Below are positions 30,245 to 40,726 of a stretch of DNA of 64,000 nucleotides, one piece after another. The stretch comes from an uncultured Nitrososphaerota archaeon. GTDB taxonomy: Archaea > Thermoproteota > Nitrososphaeria > Nitrososphaerales > Nitrosopumilaceae. The DNA lies in assembly GCA_963701075.1 (NCBI GenBank), contig OY969559.1, positions 1,851,939-1,915,938 of the forward strand, given 5' to 3'. The number at the start of each line of letters is the position of its first letter. The stretch's first letter is position 1. The position numbers and the translations under genes were made by a program. The notes under the pieces were generated by a model. It made no database searches. It saw nothing but the letters and a program-made list of their open reading frames with translations, and was not told where the DNA came from.

Positions 30245-32536
30245 CTAGTGCAGGAGATTTTCTCTTTCACGCAATATGTTAAGGGCAGATCCTGCCTGAA
30301 ACCACTTTATCTGGAAATTGTTGTAAGAGTGGTTTAGCAATATACTCTCCTTTGTGCCATCTTCATGATTTATGTATGCTTGCAGCTGTTTGCCTGGCTG
30401 CATCTCTGAGAGTCCAACTATGCTTACCCTGTCAGTTTCTCTAATCTTGTCATAGTCAGCTGGATTGGCAAATGTTAGTGCAAGTACGCCTTGTTTTTTC
30501 AAATTAGTTTCGTGAATTCTTGCAAAACTTCTCACTATCACAGAGGCGCATCCAAGATATCTTGGAGACATGGCAGCATGTTCTCTGCTACTGCCCTCGC
30601 CATAGTTGTAATCACCTATTACAACCCACCTTAGTCCCTTGCCTTTGTACTGTCTTGCTATACTTGGAAAAGTATCCATGGCACCAGTGAGGAGATTTTT
30701 TCCTTTTCCCACTTCGTTGTTGTAAGCATTGACTGCACCCAAGAAAACATTGTCACTGATTTTATCAAGATGGCCTCTAAATTGCAGCCAAGAACCTGCA
30801 GGCGATATATGATCTGTTGTACATTTTCCTTTTGCCTTCAATAGAATGGGCAAGTTTACAAAATCTTTTCCATCCCATTTTGCAAATGGTTCAAGTTTTT
30901 GAAGCCTGTTGCTATTTCCAGGAATTGTCACTGCTACAAGATCTGGAATTTCAGAAGGTGGGACGTAGACGTCTTTTACACTTTTGAATCCTAGCGGTGG
31001 AATCTCTAGTGCCTTTTTTGGAGGCTCTAGTGTGAATTTTTTGCCATCAGACGCGGTAATTTGGTCTTTCAGGGGGTTAAATGACAACCTTCCTCCAAGA
31101 GCAAGTGCAACAATTAGTTCTGGGCTTCCTATGAAGTTCATTGTTTCTCTTCTGCCATCGTTTCTTCCCGGAAAATTCCTGTTGTATGAGGTGATGATAG
31201 TGTTAGGTTCACCAGGCTTTAGTTCCGGTCTTTGCCATTGTCCAATACACGGCCCACATGCATTTGCCAATACAGTTGCTCCAACTTGTTGCAGGGTCTC
31301 CATCTGTCCATCCCTTTCTATTGTAGCACGTATCTGCTCAGAGCCTGGAGTTACTAAGAGTGGTATCTTTACCTTCAACCCTTTGGCTTTTGCTTGCTCT
31401 GCTACATTTGCTGCTCTTGTCATGTCCTCGTAAGAAGAATTTGTGCAACTACCAATTAACGCAACAGATATGGTATCAAGATAATTGTTTTTCTTGACAT
31501 CCTCTGCAAGCTGCGAGATTGGCCTTGCAAGGTCTGGCGTATGTGGACCTACTACATACGGTTCAAGTTTTGAAAGATCAACTTCAATTATTTTATCAAA
31601 ATATTTTTCTGGATGTTGTTCAACATCTGGGTCTGCAGCAAGTGAGTCTTTGTGGGTATTTGCGATATCGGCAATTTTTTCACGGCCTGTCGCTCTAAGA
31701 TAGGTTTCCATTTTTTCATCGTATGGAAATAATGAGCATGTAACTCCGATCTCTGCGCCCATGTTAGTTATTGTTGCCTTTCCTGTACAGCTTATTGTTC
31801 TAGCACCAGGCCCAAAGTATTCCAAAATGGCGTTTGTTCCGCCTGAAACCGTAAGCTTTGATGCAACGTATAATATGATGTCTTTAGGTGCAGTCCAGCC
31901 ACTTAGTTCGCCTTTTAGATTAATGCCAATTCTTTTTGGATACAAAAGCTCCCAAGGAAAGCCAGCCATAACTTCAGCTGCGTCCAGTCCTCCAACTCCC
32001 ACTGCCACCATCCCAAGCCCTCCTGCGTTTGGAGTATGAGAGTCAGTTCCTATCATCAGCCCTCCAGGGAATGCATAATTTTCTAAAACTACTTGATGTA
32101 TTATTCCGGCACCTGGTCTCCAAAATCCTAAACCGAATTTTCGTGAGGCAGATTCAAGAAACTTGTAGACTTCGCTATTTTCATCAAGAGCTAGCCTAGT
32201 GTCTTCTTCGCTTCCCACTCTTGCTTGTATGAGATGATCACAATGCACTGTGCTTGGGAGTGCAACCCGTTTTAATCCAGATTGCATGAATTGCAATATT
32301 ACCATCTGACCCGTAACGTCCTGCAATGCTACTCTATCGGGTTTGAGAAAGACATAGGACTTGCCAGGCTCAAAGTCCTTGGCAGTATCAATATCTTCCA
32401 AGTGGCCAGCAAGAATCTTTTCTGCCAGGGTTAATGGTCGGTTTATTACTTTACGATATTTTGAAATATTTTCTTCTAGTTTTTTGTAGACTCCGGAAAC
32501 AAGCTCAGGAGTTGTCCCTATATCCATGATAAACAT
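30245..32536 (-). CDS. acnA: aconitate hydratase
   Basis: DRVALQD, HCDHLI, IGSCTNSSYED, ACGPCIG, TTDHISPAG, GEGSSREHAA. Confidence 0.96.
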   Translation of the reverse strand: MFIMDIGTTPELVSGVYKKLEENISKYRKVINRPLTLAEKILAGHLEDIDTAKDFEPGKSYVFLKPDRVALQDVTGQMVILQFMQSGLKRVALPSTVHCDHLIQARVGSEEDTRLALDENSEVYKFLESASRKFGLGFWRPGAGIIHQVVLENYAFPGGLMIGTDSHTPNAGGLGMVAVGVGGLDAAEVMAGFPWELLYPKRIGINLKGELSGWTAPKDIILYVASKLTVSGGTNAILEYFGPGARTISCTGKATITNMGAEIGVTCSLFPYDEKMETYLRATGREKIADIANTHKDSLAADPDVEQHPEKYFDKIIEVDLSKLEPYVVGPHTPDLARPISQLAEDVKKNNYLDTISVALIGSCTNSSYEDMTRAANVAEQAKAKGLKVKIPLLVTPGSEQIRATIERDGQMETLQQVGATVLANACGPCIGQWQRPELKPGEPNTIITSYNRNFPGRNDGRRETMNFIGSPELIVALALGGRLSFNPLKDQITASDGKKFTLEPPKKALEIPPLGFKSVKDVYVPPSEIPDLVAVTIPGNSNRLQKLEPFAKWDGKDFVNLPILLKAKGKCTTDHISPAGSWLQFRGHLDKISDNVFLGAVNAYNNEVGKGKNLLTGAMDTFPSIARQYKGKGLRWVVIGDYNYGEGSSREHAAMSPRYLGCASVIVRSFARIHETNLKKQGVLALTFANPADYDKIRETDRVSIVGLSEMQPGKQLQAYINHEDGTKESILLNHSYNNFQIKWFQAGSALNILRERENLLH

Positions 32537-32596
32537 ATTGATAATAATCTGAATTTAATATAAATGGTCCCTAGGGCAGGTTAGAAAATACTAGAT

Positions 32597-33214
32597 CTAG
32601 TTTTTCTTTTGTACTAGATTAACAAAGTACTTGTGTATTGATATGTCTGCTGTAAGTTCGGGATGAAATGAGGTACCAATAATGTTTCCTTGTTTTACTG
32701 CAACTATTTTTTCATTGAATTTTGACAGTATCTCTACATCCTTACCTGCATCTACGACTGACGGTGCCCTTATGAAGACACCGTGAAATTTTGGTATGCC
32801 AATCTTTTCAAGCGTAACATCTGCCTCAAACGAGTCCTTCTGCCTTCCAAAAGCATTTCGCTCTATCTTGATATCAAGATAGTCTAGCAAGGGCTGCTCC
32901 ATCTCTCCTACAACCCTATCCTTTGCTTTCTTTGACAAGAGGATCATTCCTGCACATGTACCTAAAACAGGTATGCCAGAAGCAATCTTTTCTTTTATCT
33001 TTTTCAAAGAGCCATTAACTAGTGAAAGTGTTCCAATTACAGTGCTTTCTCCGCCAGGAATGATGAGTCCGTCAAGATCAGAGATTTGTTCTGGACTTTT
33101 TACTTCGGTTACAACTCCTTCAACTCCAAGTTCATCCATTGCCATTCTTGTAGCAGACAAGTTCTCTGCAACATCTCCCTGAACAGCAAGTACGCCTATG
33201 TTTACACCGGTCAT
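32597..33214 (-). CDS. pdxT: pyridoxal 5'-phosphate synthase glutaminase subunit
   Basis: GVLAVQG, PGGEST, GTCAG, FHPE. Confidence 0.96.
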   Translation of the reverse strand: MTGVNIGVLAVQGDVAENLSATRMAMDELGVEGVVTEVKSPEQISDLDGLIIPGGESTVIGTLSLVNGSLKKIKEKIASGIPVLGTCAGMILLSKKAKDRVVGEMEQPLLDYLDIKIERNAFGRQKDSFEADVTLEKIGIPKFHGVFIRAPSVVDAGKDVEILSKFNEKIVAVKQGNIIGTSFHPELTADISIHKYFVNLVQKKN

Positions 33215-34180
33215 GCCGTACTACCTCTTTCCTGCATTCTAAGTTCTAAATTCTTGGTATCAAGCCCCAACATGGATTGTCGCTCGTCTACCATCTTTTG
33301 GGCTTCCTTTACTTTGTCAGAGTCTTCCCAGAATGTCGTAGCAAGAACAACAGCTTGTGCACGCTCTTTTGCATCTTCAGACTTGAAGATTCCAGAGCCG
33401 ACAAAGACTCCGTCACATCCCAGAGTCATCAAGTATGCAGCATCTGCAGGAGTAGATATGCCCCCCGCTGCAAAATTTACTACCGGAAGTCTGCCAAGGC
33501 TTGCAGTCTCTTCTACAAGCGAGTATGACACTTTGAGCTCCCTTGCAATGCTGATTAGATCTTGTTCATCTCCAGCATCATAGATTGATTTTATGCGTCT
33601 TAATTCGGTATTTACATTTTTTATGTGAATCACAGCTTCTGCAACATTTCCAGTTCCAGGTTCGCCCTTTGTTCTTATCATTGCCGCGCCTTCCTCAATT
33701 CTTCGTAGTGCTTCACCCAGGTTTCTTGCACCGTTAACAAAAGGTGTTGTAAAATCCCATTTCCAGATGTGATGAAATTCATCTGCTGGCGTGAGTACTT
33801 CGGATTCGTCAATCATATCGACGTCTGTCTCTCCCAAAACCTTGGCCTCATAGACATGTCCTATCCTGCATTTTGCCATCACTGGAATTGTTACAGAGTC
33901 CATTATCTCTTCAATAACTCTAATACTAGCTGTTCTCAGCTACACCTCCAGCTTTTCTTACATCAGCTGGAAGTTTATCCAATACCATTACTGCCACAGC
34001 TCCTGCATCCTCTGCTATCTGGGCCTGTTCTGCGGTTGTAACATCCATAACAACGCCATTTTTTAGCATGTGAGCAAAACCGCGCTTCAGAGTTGAGGTA
34101 CCCCTGCGCGTTTCAAATGATCCTATCTTCTCTCGAACTATTCCTTTTGCATTACCAAAATCGCCTGAAAGCGGAATCAT
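33211..34180 (-). CDS. pdxS: pyridoxal 5'-phosphate synthase lyase subunit (apparent frameshift near 33937)
   Basis: [26 protein letters not shown]; ORFs join on removing 1 nt. Confidence 0.95.
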
Positions 34181-34297
34181 ACAGTTTGATCGCCTCGAGA
34201 TCTATTTATTTTATGGTTCTAGCAAGCGGATGGCTCATGCCTTCAGATCCAACTTTGATGCATCAGCTCGAAGGATTACGGCCCATCTTTTGAGTAC

Positions 34298-34831
34298 CTA
34301 TTGTGTTATTTCACCGATGATACCATCAAGACTGGTTTGTACCTGAGTTATAATCGGTGGAACAAACTCTTGGCTGGCGTTTTGGTCTGCCCACTGAAGA
34401 TTGACAGTCTTGCCATCAAGAGTGACTTGAATGCCATATTTTTCATAATTTGAGATGTCTGGCTTGGCTTGGTAGACATTACTTGGAATATCCACAAATC
34501 CAGTCTCCTTAATGAGTGCCTTCAATTTTGTCAATTCATCTTCAGACAGTTGATATTTTACGTCAGGCTCTGAATAGCCATTTTTTGTAAGGCTGTACAC
34601 AGCAGAGCCGTCATTTTGTATTGTCAAGACTTCGGCAGTATCTGCCCCAATGCTTTGTGTTAGCCCAAATGACACTTTTTCCAGATGTTCTTTGGTATAC
34701 TGGAGAGTCATTACATCTTCAGAGTTTACTGCAGAGCTTTGAATCTCCGGCCTTGTCAATTGAGGAACAACTATGAAGATAGCTGCAAGTATAGGAATAA
34801 CTCCTAGTATGAGCACTATTGGTTTGACCAT
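34298..34831 (-). CDS. membrane-anchored hypothetical protein
   Basis: N-terminal TM helix, 177 aa. Confidence 0.7.
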   Translation of the reverse strand: MVKPIVLILGVIPILAAIFIVVPQLTRPEIQSSAVNSEDVMTLQYTKEHLEKVSFGLTQSIGADTAEVLTIQNDGSAVYSLTKNGYSEPDVKYQLSEDELTKLKALIKETGFVDIPSNVYQAKPDISNYEKYGIQVTLDGKTVNLQWADQNASQEFVPPIITQVQTSLDGIIGEITQ

Positions 34832-34991
34832 GACTTTTCAACTAATTTTTTTGGAGTTATGCAAATGAAAGAAAACTGCATCAATTTGGTAGAGTACACA
34901 CTTTATCCCCAGTTGATTAGGTTTTCATGTCTGCAATAAATCTTCAGAAACTAAGTAAATTAAAATTCAAGTGCATTTATTGACCAAACGT

Positions 34992-35147
34992 GGGGTCGTA
35001 GCCTAGCCAGGCATGGCGACAGGAAGATCACATGATCACCGCTAAGGGCTCCAGTGGTTCAACTAGCTTCACTGACGAAAGGATGATGTACAGTTTGGAG
35101 CTGTAGTGACCCGTGTGTCGCCGGTTCAACTCCGGTCGGCCCCACCA
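34992..35147 (+). tRNA. tRNA-Trp(CCA) with two introns
   Basis: acceptor GGGGTCG/CGGCCCC plus encoded CCA; anticodon arm AC[intron ~35021-35045]GGG-CTCCAG[intron ~35055-35108]A-CCCGT. Confidence 0.88.
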
Positions 35148-35260
35148 TTTTTTTAGATCTGTCATTTTGGAGAACAGTTATAAGGAAAAACCAGCTATCT
35201 AAAACTGATCAAGTTGGGGATGATTTGTGGCACTAATTATAACAATGGAGGATGTAAAAA

Positions 35261-35893
35261 TTGAGTCGCGGTAATTTTCCTACATTTGGGACTTCTAAAA
35301 CTGGAACATATGTTTCCACCCTGAAAAATTACAACCTGCCTCCGTTCATTCTTGAAAAGGTCGCAATAGATTGTAAATCTGACCTGGTCAGAAAAGGAAG
35401 GATCGAGGAACGCCTGCAAAGCATGAACGATGCAGCTCTTGAGATTCTTCATAGAGTTTTTGTTGATTGTGAGGAAAACTCTGACGGCACTTATGCCAAC
35501 TATCGCTTTTTTGCATATATTTCCAGCATGTTTCACAAGTGTGAAATTCTTCTAAATGAAAAGATTCCTGGCCAGTCTGGCAAGATTCACAAGATTCCAA
35601 TTGCAGTAAAAAACAATGGCATGTACATTGCGGTTGGTTTTAACAAGTCAAGCGGCGGTCCAATATCAAAGAGAGAAGCAATCAAGTTCTATGAGCTTGT
35701 CGATGACATTAAGAAAGGAGAACACGGAAACCAACTCTCAGAAGGAGTGTATGGTTCTTCAGTTGGCTTTGATGGCGAAGCACTTGTTACCTTGGAAAAT
35801 TTGAGCAAGGCTCGCAAGAAAGACCCACAAAATAAAATAGATTTTAAAACAGCAAGCTTTGGAAATAGAATCTATTCTGTCACAAAGTGCTAG
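35261..35893 (+). CDS. hypothetical protein
   Basis: 210-aa ORF. Confidence 0.7.
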   Translation: MSRGNFPTFGTSKTGTYVSTLKNYNLPPFILEKVAIDCKSDLVRKGRIEERLQSMNDAALEILHRVFVDCEENSDGTYANYRFFAYISSMFHKCEILLNEKIPGQSGKIHKIPIAVKNNGMYIAVGFNKSSGGPISKREAIKFYELVDDIKKGEHGNQLSEGVYGSSVGFDGEALVTLENLSKARKKDPQNKIDFKTASFGNRIYSVTKC

Positions 35894-36006
35894 TGCTTCT
35901 TTTTAGCAGAACAGAATTTTGTATGAACTTGTTTTTCTACAGTTAGCGTTGTTTCATTTTCATGAAACATTTTCTGCCCGCAATCAGGACAAATGAATTC
36001 TGGCAT
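35890..36006 (-). CDS. 38-aa Zn-finger micro-protein
   Basis: MPEFICPDCGQ...HTKFC (CPxCG...HxxxC). Confidence 0.6.
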   Translation of the reverse strand: MPEFICPDCGQKMFHENETTLTVEKQVHTKFCSAKKKH

Positions 36007-36148
36007 GAAAAAACTCTGAAACACTTACTTATAGTCTTTTAGAAGATTTGGAAATCCAAAGTATATGCATTGAGAGATAAATAGTAGAAAAGATACGCAA
36101 TGTATTTCAGTCATGGTATGGAACTTGCTAAAATAATGGCAATGGAAG

Positions 36149-36388
36149 ATGCCAAGACCACGTGTAAAACATTTGGCTGGTTCTACTACAAGAGAGGAAA
36201 GATGTTTCGGTGTTACAAAAAACCATTACCTTCCGCCTGGAAAATGGCAGACGTTATGCGGCAATCACGTGGTGGAACCGTCAGATATCTCGCATGTTTG
36301 TTTTACTGACGCGAATCAACTTTTCAGACATAAGCTTTGTAAAAGCTGTTTAGGTGTACTCAATGCCAAGTCTTTGTTTGAAACCTAG
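36149..36388 (+). CDS. small Cys/His-rich protein
   Basis: H...TLCG...LCKSC. Confidence 0.5.
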   Translation: MPRPRVKHLAGSTTREERCFGVTKNHYLPPGKWQTLCGNHVVEPSDISHVCFTDANQLFRHKLCKSCLGVLNAKSLFET

Positions 36389-36423
36389 TCAGCATTTAAT
36401 GGCTGTATTTGTTTTAATGATTT

Positions 36424-36990
36424 TTACTGCTTTAGACTGGAGGTATCAAGTGTTGCAAAAAGAGGATTCTTCTCAGTATTTTTGTAGTTGGCATCATAGT
36501 ATTCAAATGGCAATGCTGCAAAAAGATGCTTGTCCCATATCTCGTGTACAAGTTCTTTGTAGTTCTTGTATCTGGCTTGTCTGAGAAACTCGTGAGAGAG
36601 CTCGTGAGAGACTTTTGTGCAGTTTTTATCCATTAGAAAAGCGATATCGTCTTTTTTAGGGCTCTTTTGCCACCACACCATCCCAAAGTTTTCTGCAAAA
36701 TAACCTTCGCAGGTACAATCTGTCCACATGGGCCTAAAATATGTCAGATAAAAGTGAAAAATGTGTTCGCCCCTGTTTACATGGTCTTCCATAATCACAG
36801 GTGTGTCAAGTATCCTGAATCGTTCCCCAGATCTTACTACCATCTCATCTGATTGGACATCAACTTTCTGTGAAAATGTTTTTTCAATCCATGTCTTGTA
36901 AAAGTTGGCCATTTTTTCCACATACTGAAATTCCCACTTTCTTTGCTCAAGTTCTTCTTCCTTTACAAGAAATATGAAGTGTAGTAGCAC
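36424..36990 (-). CDS. hypothetical protein, possible metallopeptidase
   Basis: HELSH (HExxH) motif. Confidence 0.65.
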   Translation of the reverse strand: MLLHFIFLVKEEELEQRKWEFQYVEKMANFYKTWIEKTFSQKVDVQSDEMVVRSGERFRILDTPVIMEDHVNRGEHIFHFYLTYFRPMWTDCTCEGYFAENFGMVWWQKSPKKDDIAFLMDKNCTKVSHELSHEFLRQARYKNYKELVHEIWDKHLFAALPFEYYDANYKNTEKNPLFATLDTSSLKQ

Positions 36991-37173
36991 ATTTGCTCAA
37001 GGCTATCACACAATTAAAAGGTCTTTTGCATACGCCTACTAGCGTAATATTTCATAAATTTTTGTGGTATCTCAAGTGATCCATTGTTAATTTACCAGTG
37101 TCTCTGCATCAAAAATAAAAATTGAAGGTAGTGCTCTTGAAAATATGAGGATGGAGGGATGGAAAGTAAGGAA

Positions 37174-37413
37174 TTAACTTTGACCTTCGATTCCCATCAA
37201 AGTTAGAGTAGAACGGATCTTCTCTATTTTACGAATCTTCCATGTGATTATCTCCCTGAGGGCTTCTACTGTTGGAGATTCAATTTTGGCCAAAATATCG
37301 TAGGCTCCAAACGTACCATGAACTTCTTTCACTCCGGCGATTGCTTTCAGCTGTGAAATGATTGCTTCTTCTGAGCCTAATTCACAATTTATTAGCACAT
37401 ATGCAGTTGCCAT
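37174..37413 (-). CDS. Lrp/AsnC ligand-binding domain protein
   Basis: AYVLINCE.G.E...GAYDILAKIE...IRSTLTL. Confidence 0.9.
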   Translation of the reverse strand: MATAYVLINCELGSEEAIISQLKAIAGVKEVHGTFGAYDILAKIESPTVEALREIITWKIRKIEKIRSTLTLMGIEGQS

Positions 37414-37569
37414 ACTATATCTATACAGGGCAAATATATCAATAGATCTGTTGTTTTCGGTCTTGACAATAATTGTCAAGTAGCATTATAATCAAGAATA
37501 AGACTCGTTTTGCGTTCAAAAATAGCAAAAATTATTGTGATTGTCAACATTTTTCAAAAATTAAATGAA

Positions 37570-37716
37570 TGTTCCCCGGTTCTGACTCACAGAAAATCAT
37601 TGGTAATTTTAGCCTAAACCCTCATCTTGTTTTCATACCGGGGTGCCCTGTCGCACGGCTGGGTGGACCAAAAATCATATTTTGTCATCACAGTCCGTCT
37701 GCGTGCATTTGGGGCG
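37570..37716 (-). ncRNA. candidate two-hairpin box H/ACA guide RNA
   Basis: GC-rich stems GCACG/CGTGC and CCCCGGT/ACCGGGG, each followed by ACA; TGATGA K-turn-like motif. Confidence 0.45.
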
Positions 37717-37909
37717 TAATGAATTATCTACTAGTCAAATATTAATCCAGTGAGCTTTATCCAATGTTCGATAACAGGCACAAAATGAAATCCTTATGCA
37801 ACATTTACAGACTTTGATGATTTTTGTACAACCTTAAACCAAGTTCAAATTTGTTTGATCCCGTAACCATATTGTCGTAAAACTTTAGAACATTAGAAGA
37901 TCAGAGATA

Positions 37910-39052
37910 TTGATGAAAAAGACAGTGTTCCTATTTCTGATTCTTCTTCTGATTCCAGTTACAGCATACGCACAAGCAGACTATTACCAAAATACTGGGT
38001 TCAATTTGAGCGGGAATCCAATAATATGCTTCATCAAGCCAACTGATCCAAATTATCCAAACATAGGATCAAAGATGCAAGGATTAGTCACAGATGCTAC
38101 TGATGATTGGTCAAACGAACTTAATGCAGGAGGAACTAGTCATATTCCCGTATGGAAAATAAATTTGATACCAAGCTCACCTGATGTACCAATATCAGAT
38201 TTGTGTAACATAGTAATTCAATTCCAACCTGCGCCATTAACAAATCAGCAAACAGCTGACATAGTTGATCCGGTTGGAATAACAACTTGGAATTTTGAGA
38301 CACACACTGCAAGTATAGTAATTTATTATGATATGATAGATTACAACACATCAGTAACTTATTCTTCTGATCAAGTAGGATTAAATCCTATCACCCAGAG
38401 TGAAGCAGTACGTAATGGCGGATTTATTCACTATTCAGGAACACCGTATTATTCCAATTCACTTGCATCAGATCCACAGTTAAACATGGCAATCAGACAT
38501 GAACTGGGTCATGCCTTTGGTCTAGGACACTACATCATGTCTGATACAGAAATGAAGGAATGGGACACAGGTCAAATTGATCCGCCATCCATCATGATCC
38601 CAAATCTTCCGCCTCAGGGCTACAATGAATTTGCCATAACTACAATCGATATAAAACAGTTAAAGTCACTTTATAGTTCGTCTGGATTTGGCGGAACAAT
38701 TTCTCCACAAAATACTACACAAGATACCACACAAATTACACAGACAACACCTCCATTACCACAGCCTCAGACCTTGCCATCTCCAATTCCAAGTTGGATC
38801 AAAAATAATGCAAAGTGGTGGTCACAAGGACAGGTTAGCGATGATGAGTTTGTCAAGGGAATTCAGTATCTTGTTCAAGATGGAATAATTCAGATCCCTC
38901 AAACACAGGCATCACCTAGTGAAGGATCACAACAGATACCACAATGGGTTAAGAATACTGCCGGATGGTGGGCAGATGGACAAGTATCCGATGCGGATTT
39001 TGTAAAGGCAGTTCAATATTTAGTCAGTAGTGGTATTATCACGGTCTCCTAG
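37910..39052 (+). CDS. secreted metzincin (matrixin-like) metallopeptidase with duplicated IPxWIKN C-terminal domain
   Basis: signal peptide, HELGHAFGLGH, Met-turn SIM. Confidence 0.85.
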   Translation: MMKKTVFLFLILLLIPVTAYAQADYYQNTGFNLSGNPIICFIKPTDPNYPNIGSKMQGLVTDATDDWSNELNAGGTSHIPVWKINLIPSSPDVPISDLCNIVIQFQPAPLTNQQTADIVDPVGITTWNFETHTASIVIYYDMIDYNTSVTYSSDQVGLNPITQSEAVRNGGFIHYSGTPYYSNSLASDPQLNMAIRHELGHAFGLGHYIMSDTEMKEWDTGQIDPPSIMIPNLPPQGYNEFAITTIDIKQLKSLYSSSGFGGTISPQNTTQDTTQITQTTPPLPQPQTLPSPIPSWIKNNAKWWSQGQVSDDEFVKGIQYLVQDGIIQIPQTQASPSEGSQQIPQWVKNTAGWWADGQVSDADFVKAVQYLVSSGIITVS

Positions 39053-39087
39053 ATCCTATCTTCGGATCCACCTAGATCGTAAAATCG

Positions 39088-40726
39088 CTAAAAAATAGCA
39101 GTGAGATTTATCTCAAAGCCAGCCACGGGTATTCTAAGCTTAAAGTTATCCAGTACCTCAGGTGCTAGTTCCCCAACAATTCCAACCTTTTTACCATCAA
39201 CAAGAATGTCTGCGGTTCTTCCCGGAACAAATAACGGATCGCTTGAAATTTTTGTGGTAGGCGTAACATCAAATCCTGATTTTAAAAATGATTGCAGGAT
39301 TGATTTTATCTCAGTATAGACTTACATCGTTGTGTGCACTCGCACATGCCAGACGAATCTCTTCACCAACTGGATCGTCTCTGTAAAATGCAGTTCCTAT
39401 CTCAAAAATTTTCTGCGGATATGTCTCATGTATGTTTCTTGACAGAACGTCAACCAGTCCTGGAAGTAGCGCATCACGCAATATTTGGTGTTCCTGGCTC
39501 TTAGAGTCAGATACCGACATCATACCAGACGAGTCTCTTTTTGCCAGATCATACAGAGTATGTTTTCCTGCCAGTCCAAAGTTCATCACTTCAGAATAGC
39601 CAAGACCTATCATAGTGGACCTGGCTGCTTCTAGCGATACAGTGACTTTATTTTTTTGACCAGCAGACTTGGCTTGCGGTATTGTGGGTACTAGATTTTG
39701 GATTCCATATCCCAGTGCCACTTCTTCTACAAGATCAATTGGTCCAAAGATATCGGTCCTGTATCTTGGAACCAAACAGAGAATTTGCTTGCCCTTTACT
39801 GTAGCATCTAACCTGCTCTTTCGGAGTGACTTTACCATGACAGATGTGGACACATCAAGTCCGAGTGTATTTTTCACAAGTACTGGATCAAGCGACATCT
39901 TCCTAGATGTCAACAATGGAGTGGAATTTCGCGGTCCCAATATGCGGACAGAGGACAGTTTGAATCCAGCACTCTGCATGGCATATGATACCACAGCAAG
40001 TGCATCTTCGGCGGCATTTTTGTCAGTGGCGGTTACTTCAATCAAGAGATTTTTGCTTGCAGTGGTAACTTCGGTCAGCTTTGAATTGATTATTGGCGGA
40101 AATGATATCGTGTTTTGCGCAGAATCCATAATGACAGGTACTTTTTTGCTTTCTCCTTCTCCAAGCAAGTGCTTGTATGCCAAGCCAGTCTCTGTCTTGT
40201 CAAGTATTTCAGATACAGACATGCTATCTTGCGAGTTTAATGGAATGAATCTGTGAGTTCTTTCCACAGTCTTGTATACTAGCGGGAATTTTATTTTGCT
40301 CAAGTCATGTATTCCAATAGAGACCTTTTTTCTTTTTCTCCCAATGCCGTTATGCAGGTCTTCTTGCATTGTGATTATCTGCCTTATTGTTTCGTCATCC
40401 ATCTTTCCATTTAGTGCCTCTATTGCAACAATGTAAGGCCTGACTTTTCCAACTGAAGCATCTGCTTTTATCACATGAGTTCCTTTTTTGATTCTAAGTT
40501 GTGGTGCCCCAAGATTTATCCCAAGAATGCCTTGCAAGCTTGTGACTATGCCATAATCTGTGGAAAAATCCGGTCTGTTTGGACTGTATTCAACATTGAC
40601 GTGATCTGATGTCTCTTCTTCAATATCAAGACCCAGAAACGGCAATGTGGAGATGATTCTTTCTTTTGAGACCTTGCTTCCTAGTAGTTTTGTTATCCTG
40701 TTAAAGTATAATGTAACTACTGGCAT
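39088..40726 (-). CDS. pheT: phenylalanyl-tRNA synthetase beta subunit (apparent frameshift near 39320)
   Basis: PNRPD, QEDLH, SFPPIINS, YRTDI...DLVEE; C-terminus resumes in another frame to TAG at 39088. Confidence 0.93.
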
